Source: Pelagibacteraceae bacterium AG-426-L23 (GTDB lineage: Bacteria; Pseudomonadota; Alphaproteobacteria; Pelagibacterales; Pelagibacteraceae). Taken from it: a stretch of 64,000 nt of DNA. A program made the translations under genes and the position numbers. The stretch lies in assembly GCA_003213115.1 (NCBI GenBank), contig QCNU01000002.1, positions 17,017-81,016 on the forward strand. The letters run 5' to 3'. Shown here piece by piece: positions 52,867-61,256 of the stretch (its first letter is position 1; every line of letters starts with the position of its first letter). The notes under the pieces were generated by a model. That model worked only from the letters and a program-made list of their open reading frames with translations, was not told the DNA's origin and ran no database searches.

Positions 52867-53316
52867 ATGTCAGAAATATCGATAGGTTTAACATGGAGAC
52901 TAGGAGATGGCAAAATGACTCCTGACAATTATTCTAATGTTCATGAAATTGTTTTTACACCTAAAATTAAAATTACCGCAGACTCAGCACCAGATTGGCG
53001 AGGAAACGAAATAAATTGTAACCCAGAACAAACCCTTGCAGCGTCATTGAGCAGCTGTCATTTGATGACTTTTTTGGCTTTAGCAGCAAAAATGAAATGG
53101 CCAGTAATTAGCTATAAAGACAAAGCAATAGCGACTCTAGGAAAAAATTCAAAAGGACAAATGTCAGTAATCAAGTTAGAATTAAACCCTAAAGTTGAAT
53201 TTTCTAACAAATTTATTGTTGATCCGAATGAAATGAAAAAAGTTCAAGATAGAGCTCACAGGTATTGTTTTATAGCAAATTCTTTATCTGATGAAGTGAA
53301 AGTCTTAATTAATTAA
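52867..53316 (+). CDS. OsmC/Ohr family protein
   Basis: NPE..LAA.LSSCH.MTF and AH..CFIANS with both conserved Cys. Confidence 0.9.
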   Translation: MSEISIGLTWRLGDGKMTPDNYSNVHEIVFTPKIKITADSAPDWRGNEINCNPEQTLAASLSSCHLMTFLALAAKMKWPVISYKDKAIATLGKNSKGQMSVIKLELNPKVEFSNKFIVDPNEMKKVQDRAHRYCFIANSLSDEVKVLIN

Positions 53317-53321
53317 TTTTT

Positions 53322-54131
53322 ATGAGCGTTTCAAGAAATAACGAAATTTTAAAAACTACAATAGACCAAAATGGAATTTTTCGTCTTACTCTTAATAGTC
53401 AACACAATCATAATGCACTATCTGAAGAAATGATGTTAAATATTCAAAATGCTTTAGATGAGTCTGTTAGCAATAAAAAAATAAGAGTAATAATTGTTTC
53501 CGCAGATGGCCCAACATTTTCAGCGGGTCATGACTTAAAAGAATTAACTGAAGGCCGTCAAAACCCAGATAAGGGAAAAAATTATTTTACAACAATAATG
53601 AAAAAATGTTCAAAATTAATGCAAACAATAGTAAATAATCCAAAACCTGTTATTGCTGAAGTTAATGGTACCGCTACAGCTGCTGGCTGCCAATTAGTTG
53701 CTAGCTGCGATCTTGCATATGCAAGTAAAACTGCCACTTTCGCAACTCCTGGTGTAAATATTGGTTTGTTTTGTTCTACTCCTATGGTGGCAGTATCAAG
53801 AAATATATCCAATAAACACTCCATGGAAATGCTTTTAACTGGAGATTTAATATCAGCAACTAAAGCCGAAAAAATTGGTTTAATCAACAAAGCTGTAGAT
53901 GAATCTCTTTTGAAGAAAGAAACAATGGAGGCAGCTCAAAAAATATCAAAAAAATCTGCTATTACTTTAAAAATTGGGAAAGAGGCATTTTATAAGCAAA
54001 TTGATATGACTTTATCTGAAGCCTATGATTATGCCTCAGATGTAATGGTTCAGAACATGTTAAAACTAGATGCAGAAGAGGGCATAAAAGCTTTTATAAA
54101 CAAACGGACACCATCTTGGAAAGATAAGTGA
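53322..54131 (+). CDS. Enoyl-CoA hydratase/crotonase family protein (ECHDC3-like)
   Basis: FSAGHDLKE, ATAAGCQLVASCD, PGVNIGLFCSTP. Confidence 0.88.
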   Translation: MSVSRNNEILKTTIDQNGIFRLTLNSQHNHNALSEEMMLNIQNALDESVSNKKIRVIIVSADGPTFSAGHDLKELTEGRQNPDKGKNYFTTIMKKCSKLMQTIVNNPKPVIAEVNGTATAAGCQLVASCDLAYASKTATFATPGVNIGLFCSTPMVAVSRNISNKHSMEMLLTGDLISATKAEKIGLINKAVDESLLKKETMEAAQKISKKSAITLKIGKEAFYKQIDMTLSEAYDYASDVMVQNMLKLDAEEGIKAFINKRTPSWKDK

Positions 54132-54164
54132 TAATCTATTTAATTCTAAAGCAAGGGTACCATT

Positions 54165-54941
54165 TTGATATATAAAATTCAAAATAAGAAAATTTTTGCT
54201 TCAGATGGAGGTAGGCAATTTTCAAAAGAAAAGCACACAGTTGTATTAATTCATGGTAGTGGTCTTTCTCATATTGTTTGGTCTTTAACGGAGCAATATT
54301 TATCAAATCAGGGGTATAACGTTTTATCTTTGGATTTACCAGGTCATGGAAATTCTGAAGGTGATTGTTTGGATTCAATAGAAAAAATTGCAGATTGGTT
54401 AGAAAAAGTTTTTACCAAAATAGATATAAGAGAACTTACATTGCTTGGTCACTCACAAGGTTGTTTAATTTCTTTAGAATATTCCTATAAATACCCTAAA
54501 AGAGTAAAAAATATAATATTTGTTGCAGGTTCATATAAAATTCCTGTTAATCAAGATTTAATCGACCTAGCCTCTGCTGGTGACATGAATGCAATAAAAT
54601 TAATGATGAAGTGGGGATATGGTGACCCTAAAAGATTTATTGGAGGTAATCCTGTTCAAAAAATAATCAACTCACCAAGAGAAGTAAGTCAAATTTTAGC
54701 AGTAGATCTAAAAGCTTGTAATAACTATAAAAATGGTATTACTGCTTCTAAAAACGTAAATTGTCCAACTTTGTTTATTTTAGGAGATTTAGATAAAATG
54801 ATAACTGTTCAAAAAGGTAAAGAGTTCGCAAACTTAATACCTAATTCAAAAGTTCATTTAATTAAGCAATGTGGACATATGATTATGTATGAAAATGCTT
54901 TTGAAATGAGAGAAACAATAGCTAATTTTTTAAAAAGATGA
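54165..54941 (+). CDS. Alpha/beta fold hydrolase (TTG start)
   Basis: IHG, DLPGHG.S, nucleophile elbow GHSQG, G..D, CGH. Confidence 0.9.
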   Translation: MIYKIQNKKIFASDGGRQFSKEKHTVVLIHGSGLSHIVWSLTEQYLSNQGYNVLSLDLPGHGNSEGDCLDSIEKIADWLEKVFTKIDIRELTLLGHSQGCLISLEYSYKYPKRVKNIIFVAGSYKIPVNQDLIDLASAGDMNAIKLMMKWGYGDPKRFIGGNPVQKIINSPREVSQILAVDLKACNNYKNGITASKNVNCPTLFILGDLDKMITVQKGKEFANLIPNSKVHLIKQCGHMIMYENAFEMRETIANFLKR

Positions 54942-56044
54942 AAAAGTTTTTTATAAGTAAATCTAGAAGACTTAGATCAACACCTTTTACTTCAAGAATT
55001 GAAGATCAGGGAGTCAAAAGTTATACCGTATACAATCACATGTTATTACCAACAACTTTTTCATCTGTTGAAGAAGAATATTTACATTTAAAAAAAGATG
55101 TTCAAGTCTGGGACGTTTCTGTTCAAAGGGAAATCGAAGTGTCTGGTAAAGATTCTCAGCAACTTGTTCAATTAATGACCTGTAGAGATCTCTCAAATTC
55201 TAAAATTGGCAGTTGTTATTATGTACCGCTAGTTGATGCTAATGGAGGAATGTTAAATGATCCATTAATATATAAATTAAATGACGATAAGTGGAGAATA
55301 TGCATAGCTGACTCCGATGTACTATTATTTGCCAAAGGTATAGCTGGCTCAAAAAATTTAAAGGTTAATATTTTTGAAACCAATATCAGCACTTTAGCTA
55401 TACAAGGACCTAAATCCTTCAAATTGATGGAAGAAATTTTTGGTAAAGAAATTACTGAACTTAAGTTTTTTAAATTTAATTTTTTTAATTTTAAGAATAA
55501 TAAATATTTAATATCTAGATCTGGATTTTCAAAACAAGGAGGATACGAAGTTCATGTTGAAGATATAAAAGCTGGATTACTTTTATATGATCATCTCTTC
55601 AATATTGGCAATAAATATAATTTAAAACCTGGAGCTCCAAATCATGCAGAAAGAATAGAAGGGGGGTTATTATCATATGGAAATGATATGTTAATTACTG
55701 ACAATCCTTATGAATGTGGTTTTGAAAAATCTGTTAATTTAGACACAAATATTAATTTTTTAGGAAAAGAAAGTCTCAAAAAGATTAAAGATAAAGGCAT
55801 TACTAGAAAACTTGTAGGAGTTAAAATTGATACAAAAGAATTAAGTTTATCTGACACTGAACTATTAGATATAAATAGTCAAATAATTGGAGAACTTAGA
55901 TCTGCAGCTTTTTCGCCCAAATTCAATAAAATTGTTGGCATCTCTATGATAAAAAATGAATTTAGTCAAATTACAACTAAATTCCAAATAAAAGTAGACA
56001 AAAAATATGTTTCTGGAGAAGTTACAAATTTACCTATTACGTGA
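54938..56044 (+). CDS. dmdA: Dimethylsulfoniopropionate demethylase (GcvT family)
   Basis: SRRLRSTPF..R....GVK.YTVYNHMLLP, VQVWDV, RSGFSKQGG.E, ERIEGGLLSYGND. Confidence 0.88.
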   Translation: MKKFFISKSRRLRSTPFTSRIEDQGVKSYTVYNHMLLPTTFSSVEEEYLHLKKDVQVWDVSVQREIEVSGKDSQQLVQLMTCRDLSNSKIGSCYYVPLVDANGGMLNDPLIYKLNDDKWRICIADSDVLLFAKGIAGSKNLKVNIFETNISTLAIQGPKSFKLMEEIFGKEITELKFFKFNFFNFKNNKYLISRSGFSKQGGYEVHVEDIKAGLLLYDHLFNIGNKYNLKPGAPNHAERIEGGLLSYGNDMLITDNPYECGFEKSVNLDTNINFLGKESLKKIKDKGITRKLVGVKIDTKELSLSDTELLDINSQIIGELRSAAFSPKFNKIVGISMIKNEFSQITTKFQIKVDKKYVSGEVTNLPIT

Positions 56045-56053
56045 TTTTAGAGA

Positions 56054-56971
56054 TTAAATTTTCAATTTATTAAGTGCATTATTCTTAAATAAATTTGCCT
56101 CTTTTATATATCGTCTAACCATTTGAGTAGTTTTATGACCAGTCATTGACATGATACTTCGTTCTTCAGCACCTGACTCCGCCGTTGAAGTTGCAAATCC
56201 CGACCTTAAACTGTGCCCTGCGTATTTATTTTGATCTAGTCCAGCTAAACGAGCAAATTTTTTGATTATTAAGACTACGTTTTTATCAGAAATATTGAAA
56301 ATTTTCCCATTTTGAATGTTTCCTTGGTTAATCCAATTTTTTAAATTTGTAACCGGACAAAATTCCTCATTATCAAAGTAGGGGATTGCTTTAATCATAC
56401 CCTCTCCTGATTGGTCAGTTTTTGATCTTTTTACATAAATTTTTACCCCTTCGCTAACGAATTCAATATCCTCATTCTCAATAGCTACTAACTCAGATCG
56501 TCTAAATCCGCCCGAAAAGCCAGTTAAGATTAGAGCTTTATTTCTCAATTTTTTCAAATACTTCAATTCTGATTGATCTATTGCTTTAATTATCAGTTTT
56601 AAATCACTGATTAATATAGGTTTTTTAGACTTTTGATTGCTTCCTTTTCGTCTTTTAATACCTAATAAATTCTCAATTATTAAGGGGTGTTTAGTATCAA
56701 TGTAGTGACCTTTGAGCTTATGTATGACACTTATTGATGCCAACCTACGTTTTAGAGTGCTGTATTTAGAGTTAACAGAAAGATGCGTTATATATAATGC
56801 GAGAATTCGAGGCTCAGTGGGCAACGAACTAAATCCGTTAGCCTTACAGAAACCGGCAAAATCTCTAAAATCAGATTCGTAGGCCCTAAGTGTATTATCT
56901 GCCTTGGAGTTCTTTAAATTTTTTAAAGTCTCCAGTTCTAAGCTTTTTAAATCAGTAACTAAACTTCCCAT
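56054..56971 (-). CDS. Tyrosine recombinase with SAM-like N-terminal domain (Cre/TnpS-like)
   Basis: NTLRAY..D...F; catalytic set R (FRRSEL), K (SKTDQ), HxxR (HSLRSGF), H (TGH), Y (RRYI) all present. Confidence 0.93.
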   Translation of the reverse strand: MGSLVTDLKSLELETLKNLKNSKADNTLRAYESDFRDFAGFCKANGFSSLPTEPRILALYITHLSVNSKYSTLKRRLASISVIHKLKGHYIDTKHPLIIENLLGIKRRKGSNQKSKKPILISDLKLIIKAIDQSELKYLKKLRNKALILTGFSGGFRRSELVAIENEDIEFVSEGVKIYVKRSKTDQSGEGMIKAIPYFDNEEFCPVTNLKNWINQGNIQNGKIFNISDKNVVLIIKKFARLAGLDQNKYAGHSLRSGFATSTAESGAEERSIMSMTGHKTTQMVRRYIKEANLFKNNALNKLKI

Positions 56972-56976
56972 TGTTT

Positions 56977-57003
56977 TTTCCGATAACCATTAATTATCGG
57001 AAA
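56977..57003. repeat. Perfect inverted repeat, 10-bp arms and 7-bp asymmetric spacer; candidate recombinase core site
   Basis: TTTCCGATAA-CCATTAA-TTATCGGAAA, 5 bp from the recombinase ATG. Confidence 0.85.
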
Positions 57004-57076
57004 TATATATTAGTGAAAAACTTATGTCAACCATCAATTGAAGTTTAATAAAAAAAATAATATTAGATATTTAAGA

Positions 57077-57481
57077 ATGTTTTTTTCGAGTCGTAAAAGA
57101 ATAATAATGGACAGAGGTCCAAGTTGGCCTGATTATCATAAAGCTGAGCCATTTATGATCAGATATTATCCTCTATTTAGAAAAAGACCTAAATGGTTTC
57201 CTTTTAACGTATTTATTCATAAGATATTAAAAGACGATTTAGGAGACTTACATGATCATTATTGGTCCTATATCACTCTAATTTTAAAAGGAGGTTATAC
57301 GGAAACTACAGATAAAGGGACTTTTAGGAGAAGACCTGGATATATTGGTTTTAGAAGCTCTTCTGATAGACATAGTTTAAAATTAAATGAGGGAAAACCC
57401 GCATGGACATTAATATTTGTAGGGCCTAATAAAGGATCTAAAAGTCATGCAAAATATAGAGAAGATACCTCAAAAAAGTAG
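57077..57481 (+). CDS. Small cupin-like metal-binding protein (ATG 57077 preferred over TTG 57038)
   Basis: H..L.DD...LHDH.W...TLILKGGY.E, RRPG, H.L.L, AWTL..VGP pattern. Confidence 0.7.
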   Translation: MFFSSRKRIIMDRGPSWPDYHKAEPFMIRYYPLFRKRPKWFPFNVFIHKILKDDLGDLHDHYWSYITLILKGGYTETTDKGTFRRRPGYIGFRSSSDRHSLKLNEGKPAWTLIFVGPNKGSKSHAKYREDTSKK

Positions 57482-57849
57482 CCTATAACAAGCATTCTAG
57501 CTCATTTAAAGTATATTTCTTCAATATTATCTAATTCCCCGCTCAGTTGCATTCAATATTGAATAATCAAAGAAAATAGACCATCTATGGCCGTTTAAAC
57601 GCTATATTCTCAAACTGCAAAGCTAATTTCATAAGGCCAAATTAGCCCCTATTTTATTAGATAAAACACAAGAAAATATAGCTTTTCTATATTTTATTTA
57701 AAATCTTTTTAAAGTTCCTTTATAATTAAAAACCTATCAAGTTTTTTATACTATTTTTAGCTCTTACTAATAACAATTAAATTAAATAATAAAAACAGTA
57801 ATATACAATTAAGATTTAAAGTAATTTATTAATAAAGAATAAGATTATA

Positions 57850-58173
57850 ATGCCAAAAGGAACAAAATTTCAATTACAGGTCTGGCAAAAAATAAGAAAG
57901 ATTAAGAAAGGTACCGTTAAAACATACAATCAGATTGCAAGATCGATAGGAAAGCCAAAAGCAGCTAGAGCAGTTGCTAATGCATGTGGAAAGAACCCCT
58001 ATCCTATTAAAATTCCATGTCATAGGGTTATACGCTCTGATGGATCAATTGGAGGTTACTCTGGTCAAGGAGGTAAGCGAAAAAAAGCAGAATTACTTAA
58101 AAAAGAAAAAGTTAAATTAGCTTTTTTTAACTATAAAACTTCAAGGCGAAATAAACTACGATTGGAATTGTAA
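57850..58173 (+). CDS. MGMT/Ogt-family O6-alkylguanine DNA alkyltransferase, C-terminal domain only
   Basis: T.FQ..VW, ARAVANACGKNP, IPCHRVI active-site Cys, GGY. Confidence 0.88.
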   Translation: MPKGTKFQLQVWQKIRKIKKGTVKTYNQIARSIGKPKAARAVANACGKNPYPIKIPCHRVIRSDGSIGGYSGQGGKRKKAELLKKEKVKLAFFNYKTSRRNKLRLEL

Positions 58174-59026
58174 CAAAAGACATTATTGTAGAAACTACAA
58201 TCATACTGGCTACGTTATCAACTATTTTTTTTGGTGAATAAATCGATCCAACTAAATAATTTAAAACTGCGCTAGGCATAGCACATTGAATTAATAATAC
58301 TCCTGCAGCATAACCACTCAAGTTAAAGTATTTAATTAAATAAAAACCGATGATTGGACCTATTAATACTCTTGCAAAAGATGAAATTAACGCTTCATTA
58401 AAAGAAAAAACCTTTAATCTAGTGAGAGCAATCCCTAAAGACATTAATATTAAAAAGATTGTAGCATATGTTAATAGTTGCGTTGTATTAATAATAAAAT
58501 TAGGCACAGGTAAATTAAAATAAAGAAATACCACTGATATAAGTATTGCATAAAAAGGTGGGCTTTTAACTATCACAGTTAAATTAAATTTTTTACTTGC
58601 TAAAAATACCCCTAGTGTAAAATGGAATAAAATTATAATAGAAGCTATGGCCCCCGCTACTCCGATTCCTTGAGAACCATAAGCAAATAAACATATTGGT
58701 AAACCCATATTACCAGTATTTGGTAAAATAAAAGGGGGCAATTCCATAATAATATCTTTTTTTAATGCAAAAAGAAAAAAAATCCCAATTATAGAGAAAC
58801 ATACTATCGCTATAAAATAATAAATAAAATATGATTTGAACAAATCAAATGTTAGTCCAGTAGTGGCTACTGAATAAAAAATTATTGCTGGTGAGCCTAT
58901 GTTCGCACCAAAATTTGTTATGAAGGTTGTGTCGAGTTTTGGATTCTTTTTTCCAAGATAATACCCAATACCAACTACAAAAAAGACAGGAAATACGACC
59001 TCAAAAAGCTTAAGATATAAATCCAT
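58127..59026 (-). CDS. AEC (auxin efflux carrier / membrane transport protein) family transporter
   Basis: PNTGNMGLP, LMSLG..L, AMPSAV..Y, ST..S..T.P. Confidence 0.9.
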   Translation of the reverse strand: MDLYLKLFEVVFPVFFVVGIGYYLGKKNPKLDTTFITNFGANIGSPAIIFYSVATTGLTFDLFKSYFIYYFIAIVCFSIIGIFFLFALKKDIIMELPPFILPNTGNMGLPICLFAYGSQGIGVAGAIASIIILFHFTLGVFLASKKFNLTVIVKSPPFYAILISVVFLYFNLPVPNFIINTTQLLTYATIFLILMSLGIALTRLKVFSFNEALISSFARVLIGPIIGFYLIKYFNLSGYAAGVLLIQCAMPSAVLNYLVGSIYSPKKIVDNVASMIVVSTIMSFVTIPIVVYFALKFYS

Positions 59027-60024
59027 TAAATTCTTGCTTTGTATGCTCTCTTCGTAGTTTTGTTAAAATTAATAGCTTTTTCAAATTCCATCAATCGTTT
59101 GTAAATCGATCTCAATTCAGTAATTCTTGTCCAATTCTGTAAAAAGAGTGAAAAACTACTTTGAACTTCTCGAAAAGCGCTTGATGTTTGAATTAAAACA
59201 CCCAATGTCATAGCTCCAGTGAATAAACCTGGTCCCATTAATAGATATGGGACTATAATCATTGTTTGATTATACATAATTAACCATAGATCAAAATAAC
59301 CATAATGTAAGAAAAGCCTATGATAATTAAATTTAATCCCTGTAAATAATTGAAGAATGGTTGGAGCTTTTACGTAATTTCTTCTATCATCTTCACCGTA
59401 AACCAATTCTTTTCTGAAAGCGGCCTCAACTTTTTGATTATTATATTCTAATCCTGGTAACTTAATTCCAACTAACCAGCTTATAACTAAACCGCCCAAA
59501 CTTGCTGTCAGAGATACCCACACCAAAGATCCGCTGATATCTTTAAAAAAAGGAATTACAACATTGGTAGATAAACCCCAAAGAATAGGTATAAAGGCAA
59601 TTAATAACATAATAGCTCTTATTACTTGTAAACCAATGCTTTCTACAATTTTAGCAAAATTCATACAATCTTCTTGTATTCTTTGAGAAGCACCTTCAAC
59701 TTTAGCGTCTACATTTCTCCAATATGGCATATAAGAAAAAGTCATTGCCTCTCTCCATCTGAAAGCCCATAACCTCGTAAAATAATTTGTAATTGTATAA
59801 ATTATTACATATGGGATAGCTAATTTCATGAATAAGAAAATGCCATCATAAAATTCAGATAATTCTCTCTCTGGTGCTTTTTGGAGCAAATCATAAAAAT
59901 CCTTGTACCATTCGTTAATTTTTACATCTATCCATGTTTGTGATAGGAGAGAAAAAATTATAAAGGTAAAACCTCCCCATGACCACAGTAGCCATTTTCT
60001 ATCTGTAAAAAAACTACGCCACAT
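59026..60024 (-). CDS. SbmA/BacA-like peptide transporter
   Basis: FRWREAM, EGASQRIQED, LPGLEYNNQKVEAAFRKELVYGED, ELRSIYKRL..FE. Confidence 0.9.
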   Translation of the reverse strand: MWRSFFTDRKWLLWSWGGFTFIIFSLLSQTWIDVKINEWYKDFYDLLQKAPERELSEFYDGIFLFMKLAIPYVIIYTITNYFTRLWAFRWREAMTFSYMPYWRNVDAKVEGASQRIQEDCMNFAKIVESIGLQVIRAIMLLIAFIPILWGLSTNVVIPFFKDISGSLVWVSLTASLGGLVISWLVGIKLPGLEYNNQKVEAAFRKELVYGEDDRRNYVKAPTILQLFTGIKFNYHRLFLHYGYFDLWLIMYNQTMIIVPYLLMGPGLFTGAMTLGVLIQTSSAFREVQSSFSLFLQNWTRITELRSIYKRLMEFEKAINFNKTTKRAYKARI

Positions 60025-60026
60025 AA

Positions 60027-60311
60027 TTATTTCTTAGTAAAATTATCCGCATATGATTTAATGACAAATTCCCTTTTTTTTGGTTCAATTATTTTAAAAT
60101 CAATATTGTTTTGTTTGGCATAATCTATGGCTTTTTCTTTTGATGAAAATTCTAAAATAACTTCACCCATTGTATCATCTGATGATTCCCATCCCATTAA
60201 TGGATTTGTTGACGAATCTCTTGTAAAAAATTCTAATATCCAGTTTTTTGTTTTTCCTCTACCAGATTGCATAGCTGTTTTCGTTGGTACGTATATTTTA
60301 GCTTTTTTCAT
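60027..60311 (-). CDS. ETC complex I subunit (NDUFS4-like)
   Basis: A.IY.P.KTAMQSG, NPLMGW.SS.D, F.SKE.AI.YA, SYADNF. Confidence 0.93.
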   Translation of the reverse strand: MKKAKIYVPTKTAMQSGRGKTKNWILEFFTRDSSTNPLMGWESSDDTMGEVILEFSSKEKAIDYAKQNNIDFKIIEPKKREFVIKSYADNFTKK

Positions 60312-60380
60312 GATAATGTTCCTTTAATTAATATTTTTATAACATATTTGTAAATAAAAGAATTTGCTAATTTGACCAAA

Positions 60381-61256
60381 TCACTTTGTAATACTTAAAT
60401 ATGAATAGCTTATTTTACACTTAATTAGGTCAAACCAATAATTAATACTTTTCGAATTAGGTTCACTTAGTGGTCCATCGAATTCTTTACATAAAATTTT
60501 ACCATTTATAAATTCACCACCGTTTAGATAATATTTTACAAAAAAAGAAGGTGTTATACCCCACTTTCTCAAAAAGGTTTTAGCACCTTTATTCCTAGTA
60601 AAATTCTTCTTTTTTCTTAATACTAAAGATCCAAAATGATAAACTTTAAAATCACCTAATCCTTTAAAAATTCTTACTCCGGATTTCCATAGTTTCATAT
60701 TCAAATCAGGGTCGGAACCAATTCCTGGGTTAAATTCTTCACTAAAACCTCCTACCCTGTCCCAATATTCCTTATGAATAAGATGTGGCGCCCAATGAGT
60801 TCCTTGATGGTTAATAAATCTAATATTTTTATATTCATTTATTAACTTATCCTCATTAAAATCTTCAAATGTATTTCCAAAATCAAGTTTAATATGACCT
60901 CCATTTTTTTCAATCATAGTTCCTGATATATAGTATGCGTTACTTTTTTGATTTTTTATTTCTTTTTCTAAAATCGTATCCCAGTTGGGACAGAAATACA
61001 TATCGTCATGGCTATAAAGAATATAACTTGTACTAGCTTTTGAAGCAGCTAAATTAGTACCGGTGCATAGTCCTGAATTTTCTTTTGAATAAGTGTACTT
61101 TAAATCATTTTTTTTAACATAATCTAAAGTTCCGTCTGTTCCTTCATTGATATGTATTATGATTTCGTGATTATATTTTGAATTTTTTTTGATACTATTA
61201 ATACAGAGTTTTAGATAATTCAAATTATTAAAGGAGGGTATAATGATAGAGAACAT
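60381..61256 (-). CDS. Family 2 glycosyltransferase (start MFSIIIP)
   Basis: SIIIPSFN, GTDGT, HDD, VGGF.E.F, YHF; start overlaps the upstream stop (TAATG). Confidence 0.9.
   Translation of the reverse strand: MFSIIIPSFNNLNYLKLCINSIKKNSKYNHEIIIHINEGTDGTLDYVKKNDLKYTYSKENSGLCTGTNLAASKASTSYILYSHDDMYFCPNWDTILEKEIKNQKSNAYYISGTMIEKNGGHIKLDFGNTFEDFNEDKLINEYKNIRFINHQGTHWAPHLIHKEYWDRVGGFSEEFNPGIGSDPDLNMKLWKSGVRIFKGLGDFKVYHFGSLVLRKKKNFTRNKGAKTFLRKWGITPSFFVKYYLNGGEFINGKILCKEFDGPLSEPNSKSINYWFDLIKCKISYSYLSITK

Noticed and set aside
57535-57552. TCCCCGCTCAGTTGCA resembling a tRNA D-arm fragment
   Set aside because: Only about 9 nt match (GCTCAGTTG); no acceptor stem or T-arm
47164-57850. tRNA-Pro-anchored genomic island (dmd cluster) mobilised by the recombinase
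   Set aside because: No duplicate of the tRNA-Pro 3' end is visible near the recombinase, the recombinase is at the far end and is not a typical tRNA-targeting integrase, and the dmd genes look compositionally native; an old island cannot be fully excluded
1486-60327. Many short ORFs from the six-frame track nested in or antisense to long genes (e.g. 6488-6730, 7669-7902, 17124-17351, 22068-22355, 25068-25349, 48096-48386, 53582-53890, 60127-60327)
   Set aside because: Shadow frames of well-supported genes with no recognisable motifs
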